Positions 9,911 to 19,223 of a stretch of 64,000 nucleotides of DNA are shown here, piece after piece; the first letter of the stretch is position 1; each line of letters opens with the position of its first letter. Source of the stretch: an uncultured Planctomycetaceae bacterium (GTDB lineage Bacteria > Planctomycetota > Planctomycetia > Isosphaerales > Isosphaeraceae); the NCBI GenBank assembly GCA_963833985.1, contig CAWIAD010000002.1:4064001-4128000 (forward strand). Reading direction: 5' to 3'. Made by a program: the position numbers and the translations under genes. The notes under the pieces were generated by a model, which was not told the DNA's origin, ran no database searches, and saw only the letters and a list, made by a program, of their open reading frames with translations.

Positions 9911-12900
9911 TCAAGGCCGCTCGGCGACCAGACGGAAGCGGCCCTCGCCGTAGAGGAGGTAGTTGGCCCAGTCGGGGAGCTTCTGCTCCCGCAGCCTGGC
10001 GCGGGCGAGCGTCACGGCGTTTTCCAGCGTTTTGCCGACGGAGAGCTGTGTGTAGACCTCGGCGGAGAAGACCTGGGCGGCCTCGTCGTTCACGGTCCAG
10101 AAGGTTCCCAGGTAAGCCTCCGCGCCGGCACGCAGGAAGAACTCGGCGAACGAGGCGGCCTCGCTGGTCACCTCGCCGCGCACCCGGCCCGCCTGGCAGG
10201 CATTGACGAAGGCCACCCGCGGAAGTTCCAGGCCGTGCAGGTCGGCCAGGGTGAGCCGCTCGCCGCCGGCCAGCACCAGGCCGCTGCCGCTCTCGCCGGG
10301 ACCGGCGAAGTAGGCGTGTCCGCAGTAGTGCAGCAAGTCCGCTCCGGGCAGGGCCTCCCGCAGCGCAAGCTTGGTCGCCTCGCCTCCGCGCAGCACACGA
10401 AGCTTGACCCGTACCTGGAGTTGCCGGAGCAAGGCCTCGACGGCCCGGCCCTCCTCGTCGGCGCCGGGGAGGTTCTCCGTCGGGTCGATCACCAGCAGCA
10501 CGTGGAACTCCTGGGCCCGAGGCGGTCGTGCGAAGAGCCGGTCCACGGGTACTCCCGGCACGGCGAGCCTGCGGCTCAGGCCGGCGCCTGTGGCCGGCGC
10601 GCCAGAGCCCGGCGCAACGATCGTCTCGAACGGCAGGCGCGAAGACGCGACGTCGTGCACGATGACGACCCGGGCGCCGGCCGTGCGGGCGAGCATCTGC
10701 TCGGCCTGGTCGCCCAGGATCAACCGGGCCAGCGCCTGGCCGCGCGCTTGCAGGGAAGGTAGGTCCGGCGTACTCCGCTGGCCGGGACCGCAGCCCGCGG
10801 CCAGCCCGCAGAGCTCGGCTTCGCTCAGCGCCTGCCGCCGGAAGTCGACCACGGTACTGCCGGCCGGCGGGAGCACGGTCACCACAAGCTGGGCGTCTTC
10901 ATGGCTGACGTGCACGACGAGAGGCTCGTCGCGCGGGGGCTCGGCCAGCTCGGAGACCTCCTCGATCCGGGTGGTCAGCTTGACGCCCGGGTCGGCGGCG
11001 AGCAGATCGCGGAGGGCCTCGAAGCGCTGCACGTCGTGCTCGAACCAGGTGACGCTGGCGTGGCCGGCGAGCGCGCCCAGTGCGCTCAGCATCTCGCGCG
11101 CGGCCGGTCTGGCGTCCTCGGTGACGTTCCCGCCATAGGTCACCACGCCAACCCGCCGCAAGCCGTACTGCCGCGCCATGGCGGCCGTCTGGCGGGCCGC
11201 ATCGGCGACCTGTTTTTCGATGGCCCCGGCCTCCCTGACCGATCCCAGGGATGCCAGGTAGACCCAGTCGGCGTCGATACCCGAGCGGCTGGCGCTGACC
11301 AACCGTGAGCCGGAGCGGCGGACGGCGGACGCACGGCCGCCCGTGGCGCGATCGATCACGGCCGCGGCCCCTCCGAGTGGCACATCGTCAAAGCTGGCGA
11401 CGGCGATCGCGTCCAGCTCGTGCGCGCCAGCCACGCTGCCGTGAACCAGCTCCACAAGCAGCTTGCCGGAGGCGGCTCTGCTGTTCAGGTTCAGCAACCC
11501 GCGGAGGATGAGTGACGTGATGCGCACGGTGTCACGCGAGCGCAGGAGCTCTCGGTTCTGCGCCGCGGTCAGGCCGTTCCAGGCCATGGAAGCCTGGTCG
11601 GAGAGCAGGAGCGGGAGGCCGGCGGCCTTGATTGCCTGCGCCAGGCCTTCCAGAGAGACCGGGAGTCCGAGCTTGTCCCGGTACGGGTCGTGGTCCACGG
11701 TCTCGGCCAGGGTGCGAACGCGTTCCACGCCCACCCACGTGGCGTCCTTCATCCGGTCGGGAATCTCGCGGTCTTCCAGCAGGTCGGCCACGAGGGCCGC
11801 GGCCCCGCCGAAGCCGCCCACGACGTACAGCGGCTGGCCGATCTCGAGCGACCGCCAGGCCTCCTCGACCACACCCGGAAAGCGCCCCGTGTAGCCCTCG
11901 CCCGGCGGCTCGCGGCGCGGCTCGGCTGCGCCGCCGATGAGCACGCGCGCGGCGGTCGTCCGCGCCATCACGCGCCGCATGTCCGAAAGGTAAAGCGACG
12001 GGTGATGCGCGGCCTGCTCGCTGGCCGGCAGAATCGCCAGTGCGGCCACGTCGTCGAGTGACGCCAGGTGGTGCAAGGTCATCGGCACGCTCGACGGAAT
12101 CTCGTCGATGCGGCTGGACGCTGTGAGGTAGCTGTGAAGGAACTCCGCGGGGTGTGCGGCCGTCTGGTTGTAAGCCCGGATCAACTCGGCGAGCAGAAGT
12201 GTGTAGCCTTGCCCGGCGGCATTGTTCGTCACCATCGGGCGATAGTCGCCACCGTACGCGATGGCCGCCCCGGCCGAGATGAGCGTCCTGGCGATATGCA
12301 CGGTCAAGTCGACGAAGTGATGCCTGGTCCACCCTTCGGGCCCGTTCAGATCGGGACTGTCCGAGAGCGACATGGCCACCTGGAGCCCTTGCAAGGGTGC
12401 GAATCCCGGGCTGCCCGTGTCGCGGCTCAGCACATGACGGTAGGCCGTTGTGGGCGTGACGAGATGAAGGCGCGGATTGGCCGCCATCAACACCTGGCGT
12501 TCCTGGGTGGAAAGCTCCGGGTCCGGGTGCATCACAAGCTGGGGCGAAGCACTGCGCAAGGGGCCCTGGGCCATATCGAGCAGCTCGGGCGGGCGAATGA
12601 GGATGTCGGCTTCGGGCAGCCCGGCCGCCTCGCAGACGCGCACGGCCTCGCGCAGGAAGTGCACGGACCTCAGCCACTCGATCATGGCCTGGAGCACGAC
12701 CTGCCCCGCGGGGTCGTGCCCCTGGTTCCAGACCACGGTGGGGCTGTTCCCGCCGTAGGGGAGGCTCCTGCGCTCGCCCTTCTGGAGCAGCTCGACCGTG
12801 AGCGTGGGCAAGCCGTGCTTCTTGGCTGCGAGCAGCTCGCGCTGGCACCAGATCCGCGAGCTGTAAGAATCGCCCCGCACGGCGACGAACACGCCCCGGC

Positions 12901-13543
12901 TGGCCGCGAAGTCAATCTGTTCCTGAAGCGATTCGCCGGAGAGCAGCTCGGTCGTGTCGAAAAACGCGTTCGCCGTGGCGTTCGTCTTCGCGTAGTGGGC
13001 GATCTTCTCGGCGGCCTGCTGGGTGGGAACCAGGTCGGACTTGGCATGCGAGACGAACAGCGTGGTTTCCCTGCGGTCCCGGGACAGCAGCCGTGAGACC
13101 GCAAGCACGATCTCCAGCAGGGTCGACGCCCGGCGCGGCTGCGTCCCGTACAGCTCGGTGAGAACCAGCTTTCCGGGGAGCTCGGCCTCGGCGTTCCGCC
13201 AGACCTCGTCCACCGGTACGGGAAGCACGTGGCCAGGTCCGAGAAGCTCGTGCCAGCGGCGGATGCGCCGGATCGTCGCGTCCCGGTTCAGGGCGAAGGA
13301 GAACCTTCCCAGCACCGGGATCACCGCGACGGTTTCCGCGCAGTCCAGGTTCACGTGATCTGGATCAACCGCGCTGAGGATCGGGATTGATGCACCGAAG
13401 GCGAGCGGGTCCTGCACGGGACGCGTGAGGTTGTCGTAGAGGTCGAGCCCCAGGGAGGAGGCGGCGGCGCGTTCGCCCGGGTGGAAAGCGACGGTGAGAA
13501 CAACCAGGACGGGCCGCGCCGGAGCGTCGTTCGCTGTGGTCAT
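9911..13543 (-). CDS. Multidomain TIR-SLOG-macro-like-CHAT (caspase-like) protein, ~1210 aa
   Basis: TIR: LFVSHAKSD...FFDTTEL...YSSRIWCQRE. SLOG: IAYGGDYR...DMRRVM...VLIGG...PGVVEEA...PLYVVGGFGGAA. CHAT: LLHYCGH and VFVNAC-type motif (AFVNACQAG), YLGTFWTVND, W..YLLYG. One continuous ORF; start MTTAND at 13543. Confidence 0.8.
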   Translation of the reverse strand: MTTANDAPARPVLVVLTVAFHPGERAAASSLGLDLYDNLTRPVQDPLAFGASIPILSAVDPDHVNLDCAETVAVIPVLGRFSFALNRDATIRRIRRWHELLGPGHVLPVPVDEVWRNAEAELPGKLVLTELYGTQPRRASTLLEIVLAVSRLLSRDRRETTLFVSHAKSDLVPTQQAAEKIAHYAKTNATANAFFDTTELLSGESLQEQIDFAASRGVFVAVRGDSYSSRIWCQRELLAAKKHGLPTLTVELLQKGERRSLPYGGNSPTVVWNQGHDPAGQVVLQAMIEWLRSVHFLREAVRVCEAAGLPEADILIRPPELLDMAQGPLRSASPQLVMHPDPELSTQERQVLMAANPRLHLVTPTTAYRHVLSRDTGSPGFAPLQGLQVAMSLSDSPDLNGPEGWTRHHFVDLTVHIARTLISAGAAIAYGGDYRPMVTNNAAGQGYTLLLAELIRAYNQTAAHPAEFLHSYLTASSRIDEIPSSVPMTLHHLASLDDVAALAILPASEQAAHHPSLYLSDMRRVMARTTAARVLIGGAAEPRREPPGEGYTGRFPGVVEEAWRSLEIGQPLYVVGGFGGAAALVADLLEDREIPDRMKDATWVGVERVRTLAETVDHDPYRDKLGLPVSLEGLAQAIKAAGLPLLLSDQASMAWNGLTAAQNRELLRSRDTVRITSLILRGLLNLNSRAASGKLLVELVHGSVAGAHELDAIAVASFDDVPLGGAAAVIDRATGGRASAVRRSGSRLVSASRSGIDADWVYLASLGSVREAGAIEKQVADAARQTAAMARQYGLRRVGVVTYGGNVTEDARPAAREMLSALGALAGHASVTWFEHDVQRFEALRDLLAADPGVKLTTRIEEVSELAEPPRDEPLVVHVSHEDAQLVVTVLPPAGSTVVDFRRQALSEAELCGLAAGCGPGQRSTPDLPSLQARGQALARLILGDQAEQMLARTAGARVVIVHDVASSRLPFETIVAPGSGAPATGAGLSRRLAVPGVPVDRLFARPPRAQEFHVLLVIDPTENLPGADEEGRAVEALLRQLQVRVKLRVLRGGEATKLALREALPGADLLHYCGHAYFAGPGESGSGLVLAGGERLTLADLHGLELPRVAFVNACQAGRVRGEVTSEAASFAEFFLRAGAEAYLGTFWTVNDEAAQVFSAEVYTQLSVGKTLENAVTLARARLREQKLPDWANYLLYGEGRFRLVAERP

Positions 13544-14148
13544 TCCCACCCCCCGCGCCGGTATTCGGCGTCGCTGACGGAACGCGGCAGGCGCCGGCCT
13601 ACCGGTCTGGGCGCGTCCTGTCGCAACCATCCGGGGCCGGAGATGCCGAGATGGCTCCGCACCCCGGCACGCGTCCGGAAACCTCATAGAACGGTATAGT
13701 CGGACAGCCGATCGTGTCCAAGGAAAAACGCGCACGGTTTTCCGGTGCACGGTCTCTTTTCGGAGCCGCAACATGACGAGACGTGGTAGTCTGGCAGCGC
13801 CGGCACCAGGTGTGGAAGGTTGCGCTCCGGCCGTCGATCTCCTGTCGAGTTCGATCTGCCAGCGCGGCGCGGCCGAGGCACCAGCCGGGAATTTCGGACT
13901 GTGGACCTGTTTGTTGATTGCAGTTGTGTCTCTTCATCCGCGACCGTCCCGCGGCCCGCGCGATTGACGACCACCGGTCGGGGCCCCAGAATGATCATGC
14001 GCTGATCGCGTCTACCGGGGAATCGGGAGGATGCGTTCTGGAAAGCAAGTCCGCGACGACTCTGATCTCTGGGCGACTCCTCCGGTGAGTCTCTCCTTTG
14101 CTCCAGGTTCGAGCCACTCTCAATCTCATGAGAAAGATGGAGGTCCGA

Positions 14149-15131
14149 ATGATCGTGCGGCGCATCCTGGTTATCCTCGGCGCGGCCGTCCTCACCCTGA
14201 CCATGGTCCGGGTGACGACGGCGCAGAACGGCGACCAGAAGGCATCGGGTCTGGGGTTGTGTGCGAAGTGCGCCTTGCACATGACGCCGCAATGTCAGAA
14301 TGCCCTGGTGATCGACGCCGGCGGCCGGCGCCAGGTTTACCTGTTGAAAGACAACCAGGTCAGCAAGGCGTTTCACAAGGACGTGTGCAAGACCAGCGTG
14401 CCGATCGTGGTCGTGGGCCGGGTGGTCCGGGCTTCCGGGCCGCGAGCCGACGGCGTGGTGGTCCTCGGCGAGATCGAGCCTTCGAGCCTGGCCCTGGATG
14501 ATTGCGAAATCAACCCGGTGGTCACGCTGGGCGGCGTGGGCCAGTGCGCCAAGTGCAGCCTGAAGCAGTCCACGACGTGCGTCAACGTGATGACCTGCCA
14601 CCTGGACGCAAAGGACGTGACCTTCTGGCTGGCGGACAACGAGGTATCCAAGGCGTTCCACAAGACCATTTGCAAGTCCAGAGAGGTGATCCTCGCCACC
14701 GGCAAGCAGGAAGGGAAGGACGCTGCCGGCCACGAGATATTCACCCCGATCAAGCTTGAACGGGTCGTCTCCGAGCCAGCAAGCGTTCAGCCTTCAGCGG
14801 TCGAGCACGCAACGAAGCCGGTGGAAGCTCCTGTCGCGGCCGAAACACCGCTCCAGAAGTTGCAGTACGTGATGGGAAATGTCTGGTGCGAGCCTGCTTC
14901 AAGCACCGCGGACGTGATTGTCAGATCGTCGTGCAGTTTAGCGATGAAGGGAAGTGGCTGTATTACTGGCTGACCGATACGGACGCCAAGACGAAGATTC
15001 ACGCGGAGCTTTACGACGGCCAGACGCCGAGCAAGGCAGCATTCATGAAGGTGTCCGGAATCATCGTGCAGCCTGCCACCGAGCAGGCCGGCGGTCTGCT
15101 TTCCGCCTCGAAGTTCGAAGTCATCCACTGA
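14149..15131 (+). CDS. Exported protein with three CxxC...C...H repeat domains (DUF6370-like) (frameshift near 14890)
   Basis: GGAGG RBS and signal peptide; repeats GLCAKCALH..CQN..NQVSKAFHKDVC and GQCAKCSLK..CVN..NEVSKAFHKTIC; third divergent copy CxACFKH..CQ in ORF 14886..15131. Confidence 0.7.
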
Positions 15132-15192
15132 ACGATTCCGGGAGCGGTGGTTTCTGTTCTGTTCTTCCTTGTGTCCGAGGTCGAGCACGCTC

Positions 15193-16263
15193 ATGCGCAT
15201 CTTCATCAGCTACCGACGCGAGATCAGCCGCGATATCGCAGACAGGATCGATGAGCGGCTGGTCAGGAAGTACGGGCGCCAGTCCGTCTTCAAGGACGTG
15301 CATTCGATTCGCCCCGGGCAGGATTTCCGGAGCATCATCAACGGGGCCGTGTGTCGTTGCGACGTCCTGCTTGCGGTCATCGGACCGCGGTGGGTGACCG
15401 TCACGGACGACCACGGCAAGCGGCGGCTTGATTCCGAGAACGACTTCGTGCGACTGGAGATCAAGACGGCCCTGAAGGCGGGCATTCCGATCATCCCCCT
15501 GCGCGTCGACGAAGCGCCCGTGCCACGTGAGGAGGAGCTCCCCGCGACCCTCCAGTCTCTGGTCTATCGCAACGCGCTGCCCATTCGCCCCGACCCGGAT
15601 TTCGAGCGCGACATCAGCGATCTGCTGGGAACGCTCAAGAGCCTGGAGTCCGGCTCTCGAAATGTGGTGAAGCTGGTTGCGGCGTCTCTGGCGGTGCTTG
15701 CCTTGCTTGCGGCAGTGGCCCTCGCGGCCGTCTTCCACCCCTGGCAAGTCAGCGGAACGAAGGATCAATCCTCAGGGCTCCTCATCAAGACGACGGGCCG
15801 CGGTGACTCCGGGGGAGGAGCGGCTCCGGAGCTTCCCACCAGGGACCCCCAGCCACCCGTCCAGACGGCGGGGGAGAACGGTTCCACGGGTAAAACCGCG
15901 GCCATCCTGCTGGCGTCGGCAGCCGAGCTGCGGAAAGTGGAGGAGTCGATCGAGTGCAACGACCTGGGCGAGGCGCGCCACCTTTTGAAGGACCTGAAGT
16001 CGCGGTGCGCGGGCGACCCCCTGCCCACCTACTACGATGCCGTGGCTGTTCTCAAGCTCCAGGGCTGGACAGGAGAGCCGGAAAACCTGATCCAGGAAGG
16101 CCGGAAGCTGGAGCAGCAGGGCGGGGCATGCGGCGATCGGAGCAGGCTCGATCCGCTCCTCGAGAGCCTGCTGGCTTACCTCACTCCGGAAGACCAGTTG
16201 AAGCTCCAGGGCTTGCTCGGCAGGACGATCAAGTCATCCGCAACGCTCCCGGGCGCACCATGA
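15193..16263 (+). CDS. TIR-domain protein with single TM helix and C-terminal extracytoplasmic region
   Basis: MRIFISYRR...VFKDVHSIRPGQDF...VLLAVIGPRW...DFVRLEI (TIR_2 type, Glu present); TM LVAASLAVLALLAAVALAAVF. Confidence 0.88.
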   Translation: MRIFISYRREISRDIADRIDERLVRKYGRQSVFKDVHSIRPGQDFRSIINGAVCRCDVLLAVIGPRWVTVTDDHGKRRLDSENDFVRLEIKTALKAGIPIIPLRVDEAPVPREEELPATLQSLVYRNALPIRPDPDFERDISDLLGTLKSLESGSRNVVKLVAASLAVLALLAAVALAAVFHPWQVSGTKDQSSGLLIKTTGRGDSGGGAAPELPTRDPQPPVQTAGENGSTGKTAAILLASAAELRKVEESIECNDLGEARHLLKDLKSRCAGDPLPTYYDAVAVLKLQGWTGEPENLIQEGRKLEQQGGACGDRSRLDPLLESLLAYLTPEDQLKLQGLLGRTIKSSATLPGAP

Positions 16264-16286
16264 ATTGCCCTGCGTTTGCGAGACAT

Positions 16287-17816
16287 TCACCGCTCCAGGG
16301 ACTGGTCGACCTCCGGGAAGAGAGCAGCAATGCTCGGCTTGGTCACCTTGCCCATGCTGTTGCGCGGCAATTCGTCCAGGAGCAGTAGCCGGGTGGGGAT
16401 CTTGTAGGGAGCCAGCCGTTCGCCGGCCCAGGCCCGCAGCGCGGCCAGCGTGAACTGCTGGCCCTGGGAGAGCACCAGGGCCGCACCCACGCGCTGTCCC
16501 CATTCCGCGTCAGGCAGTCCCACCACGGCCGCCTCGCGCACCGCCGAGTGCCCGCGCAGCACTTCCTCGATCTCCAGGGCGGAGACCTTGTATCCTCCCG
16601 TCTTGATGATATCCACGCTGTTGCGGCCGAGGATCCGGAAGTAACCGTCCTCCACCTCGGCGATGTCCCCGGTACGGAACCAGCCGGCGCGGAACGCCGC
16701 GCTGGTGGCCTCGGGCCGGTGCCAGTATTCCCGGAAGACCGAGGGCCCCCGGACCTCGATCTCGCCGGGCGTTCCAGCCGCGACCTCCTGACCCTGCTCG
16801 TCCACGAGCCGGACGTCCACTCCGGGGAGCGGAACTCCCACCGAGCCCGCACGCCGTTCGCCGTGCAGCGGATTCGAAAGCGCCATGCCGATCTCGGTCA
16901 TGCCGTAGCGCTCCAGCAGCACCTGGCCGCTGATCGATTGCCACTCCTCGAGCAGGCTCACCGGCAGGGCCGCCGAGCCGCTCACCATGAGCCGCAGCGC
17001 GTGGCAGCCGGCCGAAAGCTCTACCTGCCGCGCGGGCTCGCAGGCATGCCAGGCGGCGATGAGCCGGCTATAAATGGTGGGCACAGCCATGAAGACCGTG
17101 AGCGCGCCGCCGGCGATGACCTCCCAGACGGCCTGGGCGTCGAACTGCGGGTGGATGGTCACGCAGGCGCCCGACCACAGAGCGCAGGTGAGCACGTTGA
17201 TGATGCCGTGAACGTGGTGCAGGGGCAGGACCAGAAGCGTGTGATCGGCAGCCTGCCACTGCCAGGCCTCGACCAGCGTGGCGACCTGGGCCTGAATGTT
17301 CCCGTGGGTGATGACCACCCCCTTGGGACGGCTCGTCGTGCCGCTGGTGTAGAGGATCAGCGCGTCTCGGTTCGGCGCGAGCACGGGCAAGGCCGGCGTG
17401 CCCGCATCGGCGTCCAGCAGCTCCGAGGTTTGCAGGAAGCGCAGGCCGCGCGGCGCGGCGATCGGCCCCAGCTTGCCGGCCAGGTCCGGAGTGGCGATCG
17501 CGACCGATGCGGCGGAGTCCTCGACCACATACGCCAGCTCCGCCGCGGGGTGCGAAACCGCCAGTGGCACGGCCACGCCGCCGGCCCGCCAGACGCCCCA
17601 CTGCACCGCCACGTGGTGGAAGCCGGGGGGAACCAGGAAGGCGACGCGCTCGCCCCGCAGATCGTCCGTTCCGGCGAGCAGCCGCGCCGCCACGCGGGCG
17701 CTTGCGGCGAGCAGGTCGGCGTAGCGATAGGTCCCCTCGGGCGCGGAGACGGCAATGCGGCTGGCCTGGGTTGCCGCACGGGCCGCGAGGGGAAAGCCAT
17801 CGGCATGGGCACTCAT
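16287..17816 (-). CDS. Acyl-CoA synthetase (malonyl-CoA synthetase MatB/ACSF3-like)
   Basis: YTSGTTSRPKG, ERYGMTE, WFRTGD, GYKVSALEIE and LPRNSMGKV. Confidence 0.9.
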   Translation of the reverse strand: MSAHADGFPLAARAATQASRIAVSAPEGTYRYADLLAASARVAARLLAGTDDLRGERVAFLVPPGFHHVAVQWGVWRAGGVAVPLAVSHPAAELAYVVEDSAASVAIATPDLAGKLGPIAAPRGLRFLQTSELLDADAGTPALPVLAPNRDALILYTSGTTSRPKGVVITHGNIQAQVATLVEAWQWQAADHTLLVLPLHHVHGIINVLTCALWSGACVTIHPQFDAQAVWEVIAGGALTVFMAVPTIYSRLIAAWHACEPARQVELSAGCHALRLMVSGSAALPVSLLEEWQSISGQVLLERYGMTEIGMALSNPLHGERRAGSVGVPLPGVDVRLVDEQGQEVAAGTPGEIEVRGPSVFREYWHRPEATSAAFRAGWFRTGDIAEVEDGYFRILGRNSVDIIKTGGYKVSALEIEEVLRGHSAVREAAVVGLPDAEWGQRVGAALVLSQGQQFTLAALRAWAGERLAPYKIPTRLLLLDELPRNSMGKVTKPSIAALFPEVDQSLER

Positions 17817-17849
17817 ATTCGCAGTTCGCTCGTCCGGGTCGAGGGTGAC

Positions 17850-18422
17850 TCAGCGCTCCAGCAAAACGACAACTTCTTCCTTCATGCCTCCGCCAAAATC
17901 CTTGAGGTGCGGATTGGACATCGCCTTGACCACCCAGCCCTGCCGGGCCAGGAAGTTCAGGGCCTCTTCCAGGCGGGCGACATCGAACTTGCCCTCGAAG
18001 AGCTTGTCGCGCGACCAGAGGACCTTGTATTCCTTGAACGGCGTGGAATGGTGTGCCTCGAAGGCGTGGGCGGCCTCGGCATGATCGTGGGGTGCAGGCT
18101 CAGCGCCTGCCTCGGCCTTGAACACCTCGGCCTGCGCGTACGTGGGAACCTCCCAGGCCGATGCGTCCAGGCCGTCAACGGCAATGCCGCCGTTGGCTGC
18201 CTCGGCGGAGGGCCGTGGCGCCTCGGGCACAGACGCAACAGCAGCTCCGGTCGCGGTGGCCGTCGCGGCCGCAACCGCTGCGGGCTCTGCACCCGGGGCC
18301 CTGGCCACCGCCGGCGCCACGATGAAGCTGATACCACACTTCTTGCATTTGATGCGGGCTCCCACCAGAGTCGGGGGAATCTTGCCCCGCTCACCGCATG
18401 ATGGACAGGCGACGTAAGGCAT
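17850..18422 (-). CDS. Zinc-ribbon + Pro/Ala linker + DUF4177-like protein
   Basis: CPSC...CKKC at N-terminus; C-terminal EYKVL...LEEALNFLARQGW. Confidence 0.7.
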   Translation of the reverse strand: MPYVACPSCGERGKIPPTLVGARIKCKKCGISFIVAPAVARAPGAEPAAVAAATATATGAAVASVPEAPRPSAEAANGGIAVDGLDASAWEVPTYAQAEVFKAEAGAEPAPHDHAEAAHAFEAHHSTPFKEYKVLWSRDKLFEGKFDVARLEEALNFLARQGWVVKAMSNPHLKDFGGGMKEEVVVLLER

Positions 18423-18814
18423 CGTCTCGGTCTCCCGGGGCCGGATCCGGCTGCGCGTGCCTGGTTCAGTGCATCGAAACATCAAGCTGTGCGTGGTCGC
18501 GCCCACTCGATGCAGGTGCAGCGCGCACGCGGCGGGCCCTGCGCCGCGCCCACGGTAACGCGCGGAAGCTCGCGTTTCCAAAGCTTTTCGGGACGAGGCC
18601 CTGGCGCTTCATGAACACGCGGCGAGAGCGCAAGTGTTGAGAAAAGTTAACGTGCGCAACACAGTCGAGCGAAAAACCTCGGGATTGCTTGACGCGACCC
18701 CATTACTTGATAGCCTTTACCAGATGAACGTACAAGCTGACCTTGACGCGACCCGGGCCTCGATCGGGTCAGCATGATCTCTTCCCGAAACCCAGCAGGA
18801 GTGGTTGAGGCCGC

Positions 18815-19054
18815 ATGGATTCCAACAAAGTTCTGGATCAGCTGGACACGCTGATCGACGATCTTCTCAATGACAGCGATCTGCCGGCGTCGTCGCTGGC
18901 GTCCATGCTGATGGCGGCGCACGACAGCGTCAAGGACGGCTATCACTTTGCGCTGGCGCGGCGCGTGTGCGATGCCAGCAATGCCATGCGGGACCGCTAC
19001 GCCGCGGATTACTGCGAGTTCAGTGCGGCGGCTGAGACCCTGGACGGCGACTGA
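18815..19054 (+). CDS. Small acidic hypothetical protein
   Basis: 79-aa ORF with protein-like composition and GAGG upstream. Confidence 0.65.
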   Translation: MDSNKVLDQLDTLIDDLLNDSDLPASSLASMLMAAHDSVKDGYHFALARRVCDASNAMRDRYAADYCEFSAAAETLDGD

Positions 19055-19223
19055 CCCCGTGTTCGGGCCGGTGGTTCGCGCGAGCGCCGGCGGGTGCGGG
19101 TCCCGGTCCGCCATGCGCTGCAATGGACGCCGGTTTCCCTTATGATGTGGCTGTGGAATGCCGGCGGGGCGGGCCTGGTCTTGACCGAGAGTCCAGGCGC
19201 CGCGCCAGATGCAGCGCAGCGGG

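Noticed and set aside
13544..13774. 77-aa N-terminal extension of the TIR-SLOG-CHAT ORF
   Set aside because: Arg/Pro-rich, non-protein-like sequence; the ATG at 13543 has a G-rich RBS-like stretch and is the more likely start
14149..15131. Multiheme cytochrome c
   Set aside because: CxxC motifs are not directly followed by His
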